Shown here: positions 1 to 10,254 of the stretch, in pieces
Position numbering within the stretch: the stretch's first letter is position 1
Layout of the letters: each line of letters opens with the position of its first letter
Source: Parcubacteria group bacterium
GTDB taxonomy: Bacteria > Patescibacteriota > Minisyncoccia > Phycocordibacterales > CALRHW01
Direction of reading: 5' to 3'
Length of the DNA stretch: 64,000 bases
NCBI GenBank assembly: GCA_039740835.1
Contig: JBCLGW010000001.1
Location: 27,640-91,639 of the forward strand
The notes under the pieces: model-generated
What the model saw: the letters and a program-made list of their open reading frames with translations, nothing else
Told to the model about the DNA's origin: nothing
The model's database searches: none
Program-made: the position numbers and the translations under genes

Positions 1-961
1 TTTCAAAGTGGACGTGTGGTCCTGTAGATTTTCCAGTTGAACCAATGCTACCGATGACCTGACCTTGTACTACGCGCATACCTGCAGAAACAATAGTGCG
101 TGACATGTGAGCATAAAGAGTTTGTGTTCCGTTGTCATGAGCGATAACAACATATATCCCGTATCCTCTGTTCCATCCAGTGTTTTTGCTTACAATAATC
201 GTACCTCCGGCAGAAGCCAAAAGTGGTGTGCCTGTGGGGGCGGCTAGATCAACACCGTTGTATCCATGGAGACCTTGGGAGCGTCGAGCGCTCGGCGCTG
301 GGTTTATATAATAACCCACAGAAACAGAACGGATTGGCAAAAGGTTTTTCAACACACCAGAAGATTTTGTACTTGCTTTTGCTATCACAGGCACCGCCTC
401 TCCGTCTGGTACAAGCACGATATCACCGACAACAAGCTTGTCTTCAATAGACAAATCATTAAACTGTCTGATTTCACCTGCATCACTTTTATATTTTTTA
501 GCAATACTTTCTACAGTATCACCAGACTTTACAGAATGTTGCACGCCTGAAATAGGGAGGATAACGAGAGTTTGGTCTTCAGAAAGAATGTTGCCTGAAA
601 GGTCGTTGGCCCAAACGATAGTGTTTACAGAAACACCAAACATTTTTGCAATTTGAGAAATAGTATCGTCTTTCCGTACTACATAATATAGACTGATCTG
701 GCTTGCAGACAAATGAGTATCTGAACCAATATCTCCGACAGCATTGAGTGCTGGCTCGATAGCGGTTGAGTCAACAATAGTCACATCACCACCTCCAACA
801 GAAGACTTTAAACTGTTTGGCGCTTTTAAAAGAGCGATATTTTGAGAGTTTTTGTTTGGGTCTGAGGCAGAAAACTCCTCTATATTTGAACCAAAAAAGC
901 TGGCGATTGTATTAAAAAGACTGGCATGAGCTTTTGCCGGTGCGATAAAAGAGGTAAGCAT
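1..961 (-). CDS. LysM + M23 family peptidase (3' end runs off window; start uncertain, frame open to ~1120)
   Basis: Manual translation gives two LysM-like repeats (YVVRKDDTISQIAKMFGVS; HSVKSGDTVESIAKKY) and M23 motifs HGYNGVDLAA, TLYAHM and STGPHVHFE. Confidence 0.9.
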   Translation of the reverse strand, partial: MLTSFIAPAKAHASLFNTIASFFGSNIEEFSASDPNKNSQNIALLKAPNSLKSSVGGGDVTIVDSTAIEPALNAVGDIGSDTHLSASQISLYYVVRKDDTISQIAKMFGVSVNTIVWANDLSGNILSEDQTLVILPISGVQHSVKSGDTVESIAKKYKSDAGEIRQFNDLSIEDKLVVGDIVLVPDGEAVPVIAKASTKSSGVLKNLLPIRSVSVGYYINPAPSARRSQGLHGYNGVDLAAPTGTPLLASAGGTIIVSKNTGWNRGYGIYVVIAHDNGTQTLYAHMSRTIVSAGMRVVQGQVIGSIGSTGKSTGPHVHFE

Positions 962-1255
962 CAAGACAAGGCCTGAAACGATAAACCCCCTAAAAACAAA
1001 CCTTATGGTCTTATATCTCGCTATATGGGCGCCACATGAAGTGGCTAGAGATATTAGTGTTTGGAACTTGTGTAAAATATGGCTTAGATTAATGATAATT
1101 CGTCCTGAGTTGGAAAATATGGCTTACTTTAGCCATATTATTAAATCGTATGTCTGTTCTGGGTATCTAATTATTATACCCGACAGCATATCTACGTCAA
1201 CCACTTTATGCACCCCTGTGGATAAGTGTCCGTATGATATAGTGAGTCTTTAAAG

Positions 1256-3220
1256 ATGAAAAACTTCGACAAAAAAGATTATTTATCAAATCTAAACACA
1301 GAGCAACGCGAAGCCGTGACTACAACTGATGGTCCAGTGCTCATAGTCGCTGGCGCGGGGGCAGGAAAAACTAAAACGATCATTCATCGCATTGTCTATT
1401 TAATACAAAATGGTGTTCCGCCAGAAAAAATCCTAGCGATAACATTTACAAACAAAGCGGCAAAAGAGATGCGCGAAAGAATAGTGCGTTTTTTAGAAAA
1501 TGATGATGAATTGAAAGCTTTGACCCACTCTGGTATGCCGATGCTTTCAACCTTTCACGCACTCGGCGTCTTTATCCTAAAAACCTACGGCGACAGGATA
1601 GGGCTTTCCAGATATTTCACAATTTACGATAAAACTGACGGGAAAAGGGCGATAAAAGAGGCGACCATACAAGCAAATTACGACCCAAAACAGTTTGACT
1701 CGGGGAAAATCCAACATGCTATATCTAGAGCAAAAGGTGAGGGAATGACGCTCTCTCAATATAAAGAAAACATGGGAAATGAGTATTTTGAAAGCGTTGT
1801 GCTGTCTATTTGGACAAAATATGAAACAATTCTTTCAAAAGAGGGCGCGCTGGACTTTGATGATTTACTCCTAAAAGCACTCGGGCTTTTAGAAAATTTT
1901 GAGGACGTGCGAAATGCCTGCCAACAAAGATGGCAATATGTGCATATAGACGAATACCAAGATACAAACAAGGTGCAAGATACTATCGCTCAAATAATTT
2001 CAAAAAAACATCACAATCTATGTGTGGTGGGAGACACAGACCAAAACATTTACAGCTGGAGGGGGGCGGATATAAAAAATATGTTGCAGTTTGAAAAAAA
2101 ACATCCAAACGTGAAAATAATCCGCCTCGAAGAAAACTATCGCTCAACAAAAACGATTCTCGCTGTTGCAAACAAAATAATTCAAAAAAATAAATACCGA
2201 ATAGACAAAAAACTTTTTACAAACAATGCAGAAGGGGACAAGGTGGGTCTCATAGAAAATTATGACGAAACACAAGAAGCGCACGCTACTGTAAATAAAA
2301 TCCGCGCGCTCATGGACTCGGGTACTGTAGGCAATGAAATAGCCGTGCTTTATCGTGCCAATTTTCAGTCGCGTGCGCTTGAGGAAGCATTACTGGCGCA
2401 AAGCGTGCCATATCAAATGCTCGGCACACGATTTTTTGAACGCAAAGAAATCAAAGACACTCTTTCATATATCCGCGCATCTCTAAACCCCGCGAGCGTT
2501 TCTGATTTGAAAAGAATTATAAATGTGCCAGCGCGAGGTATAGGAAAAACCACTGTAGAAAAAGTCTTTGCAGGACAAGAGCACGAGCTTTCTGCATCTG
2601 CACAAAGTAAACTTTCTTTGTTTCGCGCTATTTTGATGCGCATAAAAGAAGAATCTCTTTTAAAAAATGCTTCCGAGCTCATAAAATACACAATAGAACA
2701 ATCTGGCATTGAAAAAGTGCTTGATATAAAAAACGAAGAGGACGCCGAGCGTTTGGAAAATATAAAAGAACTCGTAACGCTTGCGCTTTCATATGATGTA
2801 TACGGCGTACCAGAAGGTATTGAGAGACTACTTACAGACGCGTCGCTTGCCACAGACGAAGAAACTAGCGAAGAAAAAGAAAAAGCTGTAAAACTAATGA
2901 CCGTGCACTCTGCAAAAGGCTTAGAGTTTGACTGTGTTTTTGTGACAGGTCTAGAAGACGGTCTTTTTCCACACAGAAAATATGACGCAGGCATATCTGC
3001 CGAAGATGCCGAGGAAGAACGCCGACTTTTTTATGTTGCAGTCACTCGAGCGCGCAAAAAACTTTTTCTTTCATACGCACAAACACGCACCATCTTTGGA
3101 TCACGCCAAGTAAATATTCCTTCCGAATTTATTTTTGATATAGAAGACATACATATGGAAAGAGAAGAGCCCTCTGCCGACACATATCCCAAAAAACCAC
3201 TTTTTAAGATAGACTTCTAA
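1256..3220 (+). CDS. pcrA: UvrD/PcrA ATP-dependent DNA helicase
   Basis: AGAGAGKT, ITFTNKAA, DEYQD, MTVHSAKGLEF, EERRLFYVAVTRA. Confidence 0.95.
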   Translation: MKNFDKKDYLSNLNTEQREAVTTTDGPVLIVAGAGAGKTKTIIHRIVYLIQNGVPPEKILAITFTNKAAKEMRERIVRFLENDDELKALTHSGMPMLSTFHALGVFILKTYGDRIGLSRYFTIYDKTDGKRAIKEATIQANYDPKQFDSGKIQHAISRAKGEGMTLSQYKENMGNEYFESVVLSIWTKYETILSKEGALDFDDLLLKALGLLENFEDVRNACQQRWQYVHIDEYQDTNKVQDTIAQIISKKHHNLCVVGDTDQNIYSWRGADIKNMLQFEKKHPNVKIIRLEENYRSTKTILAVANKIIQKNKYRIDKKLFTNNAEGDKVGLIENYDETQEAHATVNKIRALMDSGTVGNEIAVLYRANFQSRALEEALLAQSVPYQMLGTRFFERKEIKDTLSYIRASLNPASVSDLKRIINVPARGIGKTTVEKVFAGQEHELSASAQSKLSLFRAILMRIKEESLLKNASELIKYTIEQSGIEKVLDIKNEEDAERLENIKELVTLALSYDVYGVPEGIERLLTDASLATDEETSEEKEKAVKLMTVHSAKGLEFDCVFVTGLEDGLFPHRKYDAGISAEDAEEERRLFYVAVTRARKKLFLSYAQTRTIFGSRQVNIPSEFIFDIEDIHMEREEPSADTYPKKPLFKIDF

Positions 3221-3221
3221 C

Positions 3222-4001
3222 ATGCGACCAAAAAAATCTCTCGGTCAAAACTTTCTGAAATCAAAACATGCATTGCGGGTTATCGTTGACTGCGCGCAGA
3301 TATCAGGGAGCGATGTCGTGCTTGAAGTCGGACCCGGCAAAGGCGCGCTCACAAAAGAGCTTTTAGTGAATGCGAAAAAAGTAATCGCTGTAGAAAAAGA
3401 TGACCTGCTCATACCGCTTTTGCAAGAAATGTTTGCGGTACAAATATCAGAAGGGAAGCTTGCACTAGTGCACGGCGACATAATGGAAATGTCGAGAGAA
3501 ACACTGGGGGTGGGTGGCGAATACAAACTCGTAGCAAATATTCCTTACTATATTACGGGCGTACTTTTGCGTACATTTTTGTCGGGCGCGCGACCGCCGA
3601 CGCGTATGGTGCTCATGTTGCAGAAAGAGGTCGCGCGCCGTATCGTAGCAAACGACAAAAAAGAAAGTTTGCTTTCTCTTTCAGTAAAAGCGTACGGCAC
3701 ACCGCGCTACATAGAAACGGTCAAAGCGATGTTTTTTTCACCAAAACCAAAAGTAGATTCTGCGATTTTGCTCATAGAAAATATTTCAAAAAAATTCTTT
3801 GATGGCTTTAGCGAAGAAAAGTTTTTCAAAGTGATAAAATCCGGCTTTGCTCATAAAAGAAAAATGCTAAAGAGAAACCTAGAAAGTAATTTCCAAAAAG
3901 AGGCAATAAAAAAAGCTTTTGAAATTTCAAAGCTTCCTCTTACTGTGCGTTCAGAAGACATCGCGCTTTCAGACTGGAAAAATCTGACCGAAAACCTATG
4001 A
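3222..4001 (+). CDS. rsmA: 16S rRNA m6,2A dimethyltransferase KsgA
   Basis: KKSLGQNFL, VLEVGPGKG, VANIPYYIT, PKPKVDSA. Confidence 0.95.
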   Translation: MRPKKSLGQNFLKSKHALRVIVDCAQISGSDVVLEVGPGKGALTKELLVNAKKVIAVEKDDLLIPLLQEMFAVQISEGKLALVHGDIMEMSRETLGVGGEYKLVANIPYYITGVLLRTFLSGARPPTRMVLMLQKEVARRIVANDKKESLLSLSVKAYGTPRYIETVKAMFFSPKPKVDSAILLIENISKKFFDGFSEEKFFKVIKSGFAHKRKMLKRNLESNFQKEAIKKAFEISKLPLTVRSEDIALSDWKNLTENL

Positions 4002-4358
4002 TGTCCCGACCATTGTAATAATACCTTGGGCTGGTGGTCCTTGGACTGTACAATAACCATCATGCACGTTTGCACAACCCACTGGTGCACCTGTATGTAA
4101 ACCCAAAACCCAAGACCCAGTCCAGATACGATAATTCATAAAAAGCCGACTAAATTTAGGTGAGTACAGATACAACCCGCCAGACGGCGGAGAAACACTG
4201 ATCAAAAGACCGAGAGTACCACAAGTACATGCTTTTACAATAGTCATAACGCCTCCGAAAGAAGGTAATGATTGAGCATTGGCTTCTTTTGCAACAAAAA
4301 CACTAGGACCGATCAGGGTTGTTATCAAAAAAATAATTATAATAATTTTTCTTTTCAT
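3996..4358 (-). CDS. small secreted Cys-containing hypothetical protein
   Basis: Signal peptide ending ANA-Q; four Cys (CTC, C-x7-C); co-oriented with upstream gene. Confidence 0.7.
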   Translation of the reverse strand: MKRKIIIIIFLITTLIGPSVFVAKEANAQSLPSFGGVMTIVKACTCGTLGLLISVSPPSGGLYLYSPKFSRLFMNYRIWTGSWVLGLHTGAPVGCANVHDGYCTVQGPPAQGIITMVGTS

Positions 4359-4359
4359 T

Positions 4360-5451
4360 TTACTTAAGGATAATTATAGCAGGATTATTTCTATCACTCA
4401 CACCGTTGGTGTTTACAACTGTTAGATAAATCTTCATTTCAAAATCTGCGGTAGTAAACATATCCGCAAAACCCTCTATGTAAGTCGGTGCATCAAGCCG
4501 AAATTTCAGTGTTTTTCCATCAGACGATGCTAGGTTTAAAATTTCACCAAAAGAAGTAAAAACCCTGTTTCCTGTCGGTGTAAAATTTTCTCCAGTCAAA
4601 GTAACTTCATCACCCAAAGACACTGTCTGTGGCAGGGCAGATGATATTTTTGGCGCAATAGCACCAGCGTTTGTCACAACAAAATACGCATTACTTTTAC
4701 TTTTTCCTTTTAAGTTGCCGACTTCTAAATCATAAACTCCGACCGACAAAGACGCGGGTATGGTCATTGAAATTTTGTTGGCATTTGTCGCTGGAATATT
4801 TGAGATAGCGTTGGAACCAAAATAAATAGTGTTGCTTGATAAATTAAAGCCCGTGCCAGAGAACTCAAGGGTGCTTCCTTGCACACCAACATTTGTCGAC
4901 AAAAAAGCTAGCTGTACTTTATCATTTTCACTTTCAGCAAAAATATTAAATTGTTCGATACCAGTAAAACCTGTCGCGGTTTGGGTAGCAAAAATGGGTG
5001 TGGTGGGAGATTGCACTATTTGATTTTGAGTATTTTGAGTTGTGTTATTTACGGTGTTTACTGTGTTTACTGTGTTTACTGTGTTTCCAGCGTTTCCCGT
5101 GTTGCTCACCAAAGAATTTATTTTCTGTCGTGTTGCGCTACCAAAAAATCCAGTGCCCGAAAATATTCCCAAAGGAGCCAAAACTTCGCCGGCATATTTA
5201 TTTTGAAACTTTACAACCGCAGAAAGTGTCGCTGGACCAAAATACTGCGTCTCATTTCCAGCAGAACCAGCGCCAGAAAACGCCACCACAGTATCAGGGT
5301 CTGTGTTTAGCTTTTTTTGTAATTCAAAAACCTCCACGCTAGAGTCGCCGAGCTTTAAGTTGCTGTTAAAAACAAACGCATTTGCAAAAATCGGCACGAC
5401 AAAAAACACAAAAAGTAAAAGTGGAAAAATAATCGAACCAGTTTTTTTCAT
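4360..5451 (-). CDS. secreted protein with peptidoglycan-binding-like domain and two IPT/TIG-like domains
   Basis: Signal peptide; NLKLGDSSVEVFELQKKLN...FGPATLSAVVKFQ; IPT-like GDEVTLTGENF. Confidence 0.75.
   Translation of the reverse strand: MKKTGSIIFPLLLFVFFVVPIFANAFVFNSNLKLGDSSVEVFELQKKLNTDPDTVVAFSGAGSAGNETQYFGPATLSAVVKFQNKYAGEVLAPLGIFSGTGFFGSATRQKINSLVSNTGNAGNTVNTVNTVNTVNNTTQNTQNQIVQSPTTPIFATQTATGFTGIEQFNIFAESENDKVQLAFLSTNVGVQGSTLEFSGTGFNLSSNTIYFGSNAISNIPATNANKISMTIPASLSVGVYDLEVGNLKGKSKSNAYFVVTNAGAIAPKISSALPQTVSLGDEVTLTGENFTPTGNRVFTSFGEILNLASSDGKTLKFRLDAPTYIEGFADMFTTADFEMKIYLTVVNTNGVSDRNNPAIIILK
5044..5096. repeat. 9-bp tandem repeat (~ACTGTGTTT) encoding (NTV)x4 linker
   Basis: acggtgtttactgtgtttactgtgtttactgtgttt. 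Confidence 0.85.
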
Positions 5452-5525
5452 ATACACATTATATCGCAAAAAAGCACTCTCACAATACGAGAAATCTGAT
5501 ATACTTATCTACATATTCTCAAACC

Positions 5526-6518
5526 ATGAAAATCCCATCAACAAAAATTATTCTGGTTTTGATTTCTTGCGTTGTTGCGGTAGCAATCATTTTTATAGGT
5601 ACAAAAACTTCAAAAAATGAGCCGGCCGTAGCTAGCCAAAACGAAACTATAGAGCCACGAGTGATGATAAGCACCTCCTTGCAGGGAACTTCAGAAATAG
5701 ACACTGACAGCGACGGACTCAAAGATTGGGAAGAAGTGCTCTGGGGTCTAGATTCCAAAAAAGCCGACACAGACGGCGATGGTATTGATGATAAAAAAGA
5801 AGTTGAACTAATACAGCTTAAAAAGGCGGATGGTGTTGTACCCACAGTATCTAGCACGACAAAAAAATCTACTGCCCCAGAAGGACCCCCCACCCTTACA
5901 GACCAACTTGCTAGACAAACATTTTCTAAATACATAAATTACAAACAAATGGGTGTGCCGATAACTAAAGAAATTACTCAGAAACTTGTGGAAGATGTCC
6001 TCGCAACAAACCTATTCAATCAAAACTTACCAAAATTTAACTCTGCGCACCTAAAAAATATTGTAGAAAGTGACGAAAAAAGCGCCTTTCACGACTACGG
6101 CAATAATTTGTGGGATATAATGGTAAAAAATACACCAAAAAATACGGTCTTGGAAAATGAATATTCTATATTTCAGAGAGCAATAGAAAAAGATGACGAG
6201 AGAGAACTAAAAAAACTAGACCCGATAATAACTGGTTACAGAAATACGGTTTTGGATATAATTTCAATGCCAGTCCCAAGAAATATGGTAGGAAAGCACC
6301 TAGAACTTATAAACTCCATGAACACACTTTTGGCATCCATAGAAGATATGCGGGTGTATTTCACAGATTCTGCGCGTGGTTTTGCGGTGCTATCATACTA
6401 TACAGACAAAGTTTCTGCACTTAAAAAAGCTTTGGTTGGTCTGGTGGATATTTTAAACAAAAATGGTGTGGAATATGTGGAGGGTGAGGGTGGATACACG
6501 CTAATGTATAGTATATAA
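5526..6518 (+). CDS. membrane-anchored protein with DxDxDG Ca-binding (thrombospondin type 3-like) repeats
   Basis: N-terminal TM; DTDSDGLKDWEE...ADTDGDGIDD. Confidence 0.75.
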   Translation: MKIPSTKIILVLISCVVAVAIIFIGTKTSKNEPAVASQNETIEPRVMISTSLQGTSEIDTDSDGLKDWEEVLWGLDSKKADTDGDGIDDKKEVELIQLKKADGVVPTVSSTTKKSTAPEGPPTLTDQLARQTFSKYINYKQMGVPITKEITQKLVEDVLATNLFNQNLPKFNSAHLKNIVESDEKSAFHDYGNNLWDIMVKNTPKNTVLENEYSIFQRAIEKDDERELKKLDPIITGYRNTVLDIISMPVPRNMVGKHLELINSMNTLLASIEDMRVYFTDSARGFAVLSYYTDKVSALKKALVGLVDILNKNGVEYVEGEGGYTLMYSI

Positions 6519-6536
6519 TTAAATCAAAATATCGCT

Positions 6537-8003
6537 GTGTTATTAAAATATTTTAAAAAATCTTTATTTACTGTTTTTCTTTCAATTGTTGTTTTTACCT
6601 TTTTTGTTCCAACAAAAGCTAGCGCGCAAATACCGATCGCTGTGCCAATAATGGAGGTGGGAACTCTCTTATTAACCACCATAGAGATGGCATATCAAAC
6701 AGCTCTAACGGGTTTGAGCACAGATGCAATAGCTGAGAACACTGCGATGCTCTCTGCAAAAGAAACGGGTGTAGGAATCGGCGCATTTGGAATACCTCAC
6801 AGCTCCGCAACAGTGGCGGCGACAAATTCGCTGACCCTCGACTCCATCGCTATCAAGATTATGAAAAATTTAATCTCATCTATCACAGAAGCAACTGTCA
6901 ACTGGATAAATACTGGTTTCGATGGCGGACCACAGTTTGTTACAGACCCAGCTTCTTTTTTCATAAACGTAGCGGATAGGGTGATCGGTGAGTTTATAGA
7001 GGATACTGCGGGTACGAAATCTGATTTAAGTTTTCTCTGTTCTCCTTTTCAAATCCGCTTCGCTCTACGTCTAAACTACTCAGCATCTTTTAAAAATAAA
7101 ATCAAATGTACATTGAGTGATGTCGTAGGAAACATAGAAAACTTCTATAATGATTTTAGTGCGAATGGCTGGACAGGATGGTTTAGTATGACTCAAAACA
7201 GTCAGAACAATACTTACGGAGCATTCATAGCTGCAGATATGGAGCTCAGTAAAAAGCTAGCGACCACTCTGGGAATAGAGGAAAATAAACAAAGCTGGGG
7301 TCAAGGATTTCTTTCGTGGCAAGATTGTCTTGATGTTCCCGCACCAGCGACAGGTGTTGAGTGTAAAAAGAAAGGACCAATAAAAACTCCGGGGAAGATC
7401 ATAAACAGCCAGCTAGAAGAAGTACTCGGCACAGACTTGCGCCAGCTAGAGCTTGCAGACGAGTTTGATGAAATTATCGGTGCTTTGGTACAGCAAGCGA
7501 TGAAACAAGTCATGGTGGGGTTTGGAGCTCTAACAGCTGGTCCGAAAACCCAAGCGACAAGTGAAATGAGTACAACAATAGAAACAATAAGAACAGCAGA
7601 AAAACTTGATGCTCCTGTAAAGGCTAATCTACGTAATGCGCAACTACAAGCACACCAAGTTTATACCAAAACAACACCATTCAGTTATGGTACAGTGGAT
7701 TTTTCTGCAACCGGTGGTGCTGCTGCCGCTTGTAGCAATGTGACTACTAGCACCCTGTTTGCTAACCCAATAATATTTAGTCATATCACCGCAGCTACAG
7801 TAGCCGGCGGGGGTACAAATGCTTGTAGTAGTATCGCTGTAACAGATGGTGGTAAGTGGGCTATTGCTGTTAATTTGAAAAGTGTCGCGAAATCTTTCTG
7901 GTGTGTAGACAGTACTGGAAGGGCACAAATTAGTGGTGTAGCAACATCCACCAACAGCCAAGCTTATGCTAACTCGGTCGTTGCTGGTAGTAAGTGTAAC
8001 TAA
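6537..8003 (+). CDS. secreted T4SS-locus protein with C-terminal pilin-like domain
   Basis: Signal peptide ASA-Q; C-terminus KANLRNAQLQA...WAIAVNLK...FWCVDSTG. Confidence 0.6.
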   Translation: MLLKYFKKSLFTVFLSIVVFTFFVPTKASAQIPIAVPIMEVGTLLLTTIEMAYQTALTGLSTDAIAENTAMLSAKETGVGIGAFGIPHSSATVAATNSLTLDSIAIKIMKNLISSITEATVNWINTGFDGGPQFVTDPASFFINVADRVIGEFIEDTAGTKSDLSFLCSPFQIRFALRLNYSASFKNKIKCTLSDVVGNIENFYNDFSANGWTGWFSMTQNSQNNTYGAFIAADMELSKKLATTLGIEENKQSWGQGFLSWQDCLDVPAPATGVECKKKGPIKTPGKIINSQLEEVLGTDLRQLELADEFDEIIGALVQQAMKQVMVGFGALTAGPKTQATSEMSTTIETIRTAEKLDAPVKANLRNAQLQAHQVYTKTTPFSYGTVDFSATGGAAAACSNVTTSTLFANPIIFSHITAATVAGGGTNACSSIAVTDGGKWAIAVNLKSVAKSFWCVDSTGRAQISGVATSTNSQAYANSVVAGSKCN

Positions 8004-8043
8004 TATAAAGTAAAAAAAAATGAAAAGAGCGGGAACATAAAAT

Positions 8044-10248
8044 ATGAAAAAGTTTTTTACTAAAAAATTATTCAGAAACATACTTATAGCGACTTTTGTG
8101 GTGGCAATGTTTTTGCCAATTACTGTAACTGCTCAAGGTGCTTTTGTTGAGGCTGTTGCTAATGCTACTGTTGGGCCTAATGTTGTGCTGGCGGCAAAGA
8201 TTATTGCTGGGATTGGCGGGGAGCTTTTTATGGCGAGAATACGAGCCGCTGTCAACGAGGGTGTAAACGTTCTTGTGGGGTGGCTTGGTAATCTACTACT
8301 AACAATTTCATCCTTTTTCCTTTGGCTTGCCGGACTTTTACTAACTGTTGTCCTGGACGAAACAATGATGAAAATGGGGACAAATATTGATGGCATGCGC
8401 TCAATAAATGTGGGTTGGGCTGCACTCAGAGATGTTGCAAACTTATTTTTTATTTTTATTTTACTTTATGTTGCTATAGGTAGTATTTTAAATATCAGTG
8501 GGGTACAGATTAAAAAAATGCTTGTAAATGTTGTTATTATAGCGCTTTTAATAAACTTCAGTATGTTTTTTACAAAAATGATAATAGACGCATCCAATAT
8601 CTTAACAATTAGTTTCTATAATGCGATTCAGAGCGAAACAAAAGATGGAATTTCTGGAGCAATTGTTCACAAAATGAAACTAACGGGAATATACAACCCC
8701 AGCTCTCAATGGGGAGTGGAACAAGGAGCAACTGCTACACTTGCGGCACAAACAAGGGCGAAAAACAACCCAGTAGACGAGACCATTAGAATACTTATTC
8801 TAAGTATTTTTGGCTCCGTTTTTATGTTTATAGCGGCATTTATATTTCTCGCATTCAGCGTAATGTTTATAGGAAGATTTGTAATACTAATATTTTTACT
8901 AATATTGTCTCCCGTGGCGTTTATCTCAATGGCTCTACCAGAAGATAAGTACTCAAAAAAGTGGTGGAATGCCTTGTTTGCACAGTGTATTTTTGCGCCG
9001 GCATGTATGGCTCTTTTGTGGGTCAGTATAAAAATGCTGGAGGGCATAAATTTTGCTCCCCAAGATTCAAGTTTAGCTGGTTTAAGTTCTGGAGACCCCA
9101 AAGCAGTTCTATTGGTTCTAAATTTTATCGTGATAATATCTATGCTTATTTTTACACTTGTCGTAGCAAAAGAATTTGGAGCATATGGTGCAAACAAGGG
9201 AATGAGCATGTTAAAAACTGCCGGAAATAAGGCGAGAGGGGTGGTTAGTGGGGCGGCTAAAAGAGGGGCGGGAATGGCTGCAAGAGGGGCATTGCGTGGT
9301 GTTGCGAGCGCAACGGGTCTTGACAAATTCCGAGATAGCACTAAAGCAAAAAGTAAGATCTGGCGCACTATTTTGACTCCAGTTAATGCTGTAATGAATG
9401 CAAAAATGCCAGACGGTCAATCGGTGGATTCTGTAAAAGAAAGAGAAGAAAAGTTGAATGCCAAACATTCAGATGCTGTACTAGAAGACAAAAAAGTCGC
9501 GGCAGAGGCAGAGAAGCTAGCAAATGATAAAAAAGCCACAAAAGACAAGGCGGCAGCAGAGAGTGAGATAGAGAACCTAAACAAAGAAATGGTGGGTGTG
9601 CTTGAAAAAAGTCCGGGAGGCGCGGGTAATATAAACACACTTCATTCTCTAAAAAAAGAACTTGAGGTTTTGGGAGAACAATACAACCAATCGACAAATG
9701 AGGGAGACAAAAAGGCAATAGTGGAGCAAATGAAAGCGAAGCGAGAAAAGATACAAGATACACAAAAGAGTGTTGACTCTCAGACAGATAAAATACCTAA
9801 AGCACAAGCAATTAAAGAGCGTCTTGATGCTGTAAAAGGTGAGGTCCGTGGTGCAGAAAAGACGATAGGAAAGGCTATTGATGAGTATTTAGCTGATGCT
9901 CTAAAAGCGGAGGCAGAAAAAATTGAAAGGGCTCCTAGAATATTGGATGGGGTAAGTAATTGGGCAAGTAAAAAGATAAAGCCAATGTTAGAAAAGCTCA
10001 AGATTGGTAGAAGTAGAACAAATAACGTTGGTGATGTTGTTTTTAACACTACGGGGTGGGTAAGGGGTGTGCTTAGGGACGCAATGGGACTATCTCAACA
10101 CAGAAACAATCTCGCCAAGAATCTGCGGAAGGCAGCAAAAAAACAGAGTTTGGAAGAACTGCTTAAAGAAACAAACAAACTCCAAAAGGAACGTGCGAAC
10201 GCAGAAAGCAAGCCTAAAGATTCTGGTGCTGGTAAACCAACAACATAA
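8044..10248 (+). CDS. VirB6/TrbL-like polytopic membrane protein with coiled-coil tail
   Basis: About 8 TM segments (GWAALRDVANLFFIF, ALLINFSMFFTKMIIDASN); located next to PrgI/VirB4. Confidence 0.7.
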   Translation: MKKFFTKKLFRNILIATFVVAMFLPITVTAQGAFVEAVANATVGPNVVLAAKIIAGIGGELFMARIRAAVNEGVNVLVGWLGNLLLTISSFFLWLAGLLLTVVLDETMMKMGTNIDGMRSINVGWAALRDVANLFFIFILLYVAIGSILNISGVQIKKMLVNVVIIALLINFSMFFTKMIIDASNILTISFYNAIQSETKDGISGAIVHKMKLTGIYNPSSQWGVEQGATATLAAQTRAKNNPVDETIRILILSIFGSVFMFIAAFIFLAFSVMFIGRFVILIFLLILSPVAFISMALPEDKYSKKWWNALFAQCIFAPACMALLWVSIKMLEGINFAPQDSSLAGLSSGDPKAVLLVLNFIVIISMLIFTLVVAKEFGAYGANKGMSMLKTAGNKARGVVSGAAKRGAGMAARGALRGVASATGLDKFRDSTKAKSKIWRTILTPVNAVMNAKMPDGQSVDSVKEREEKLNAKHSDAVLEDKKVAAEAEKLANDKKATKDKAAAESEIENLNKEMVGVLEKSPGGAGNINTLHSLKKELEVLGEQYNQSTNEGDKKAIVEQMKAKREKIQDTQKSVDSQTDKIPKAQAIKERLDAVKGEVRGAEKTIGKAIDEYLADALKAEAEKIERAPRILDGVSNWASKKIKPMLEKLKIGRSRTNNVGDVVFNTTGWVRGVLRDAMGLSQHRNNLAKNLRKAAKKQSLEELLKETNKLQKERANAESKPKDSGAGKPTT

Positions 10249-10254
10249 ATAAAT

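Noticed and set aside
2413-2994. Long antisense ORFs (also 8706-9368, 13362-13961, 62410-62883 and similar)
   Set aside because: Shadow or alternate frames of well-supported genes, with no motifs.
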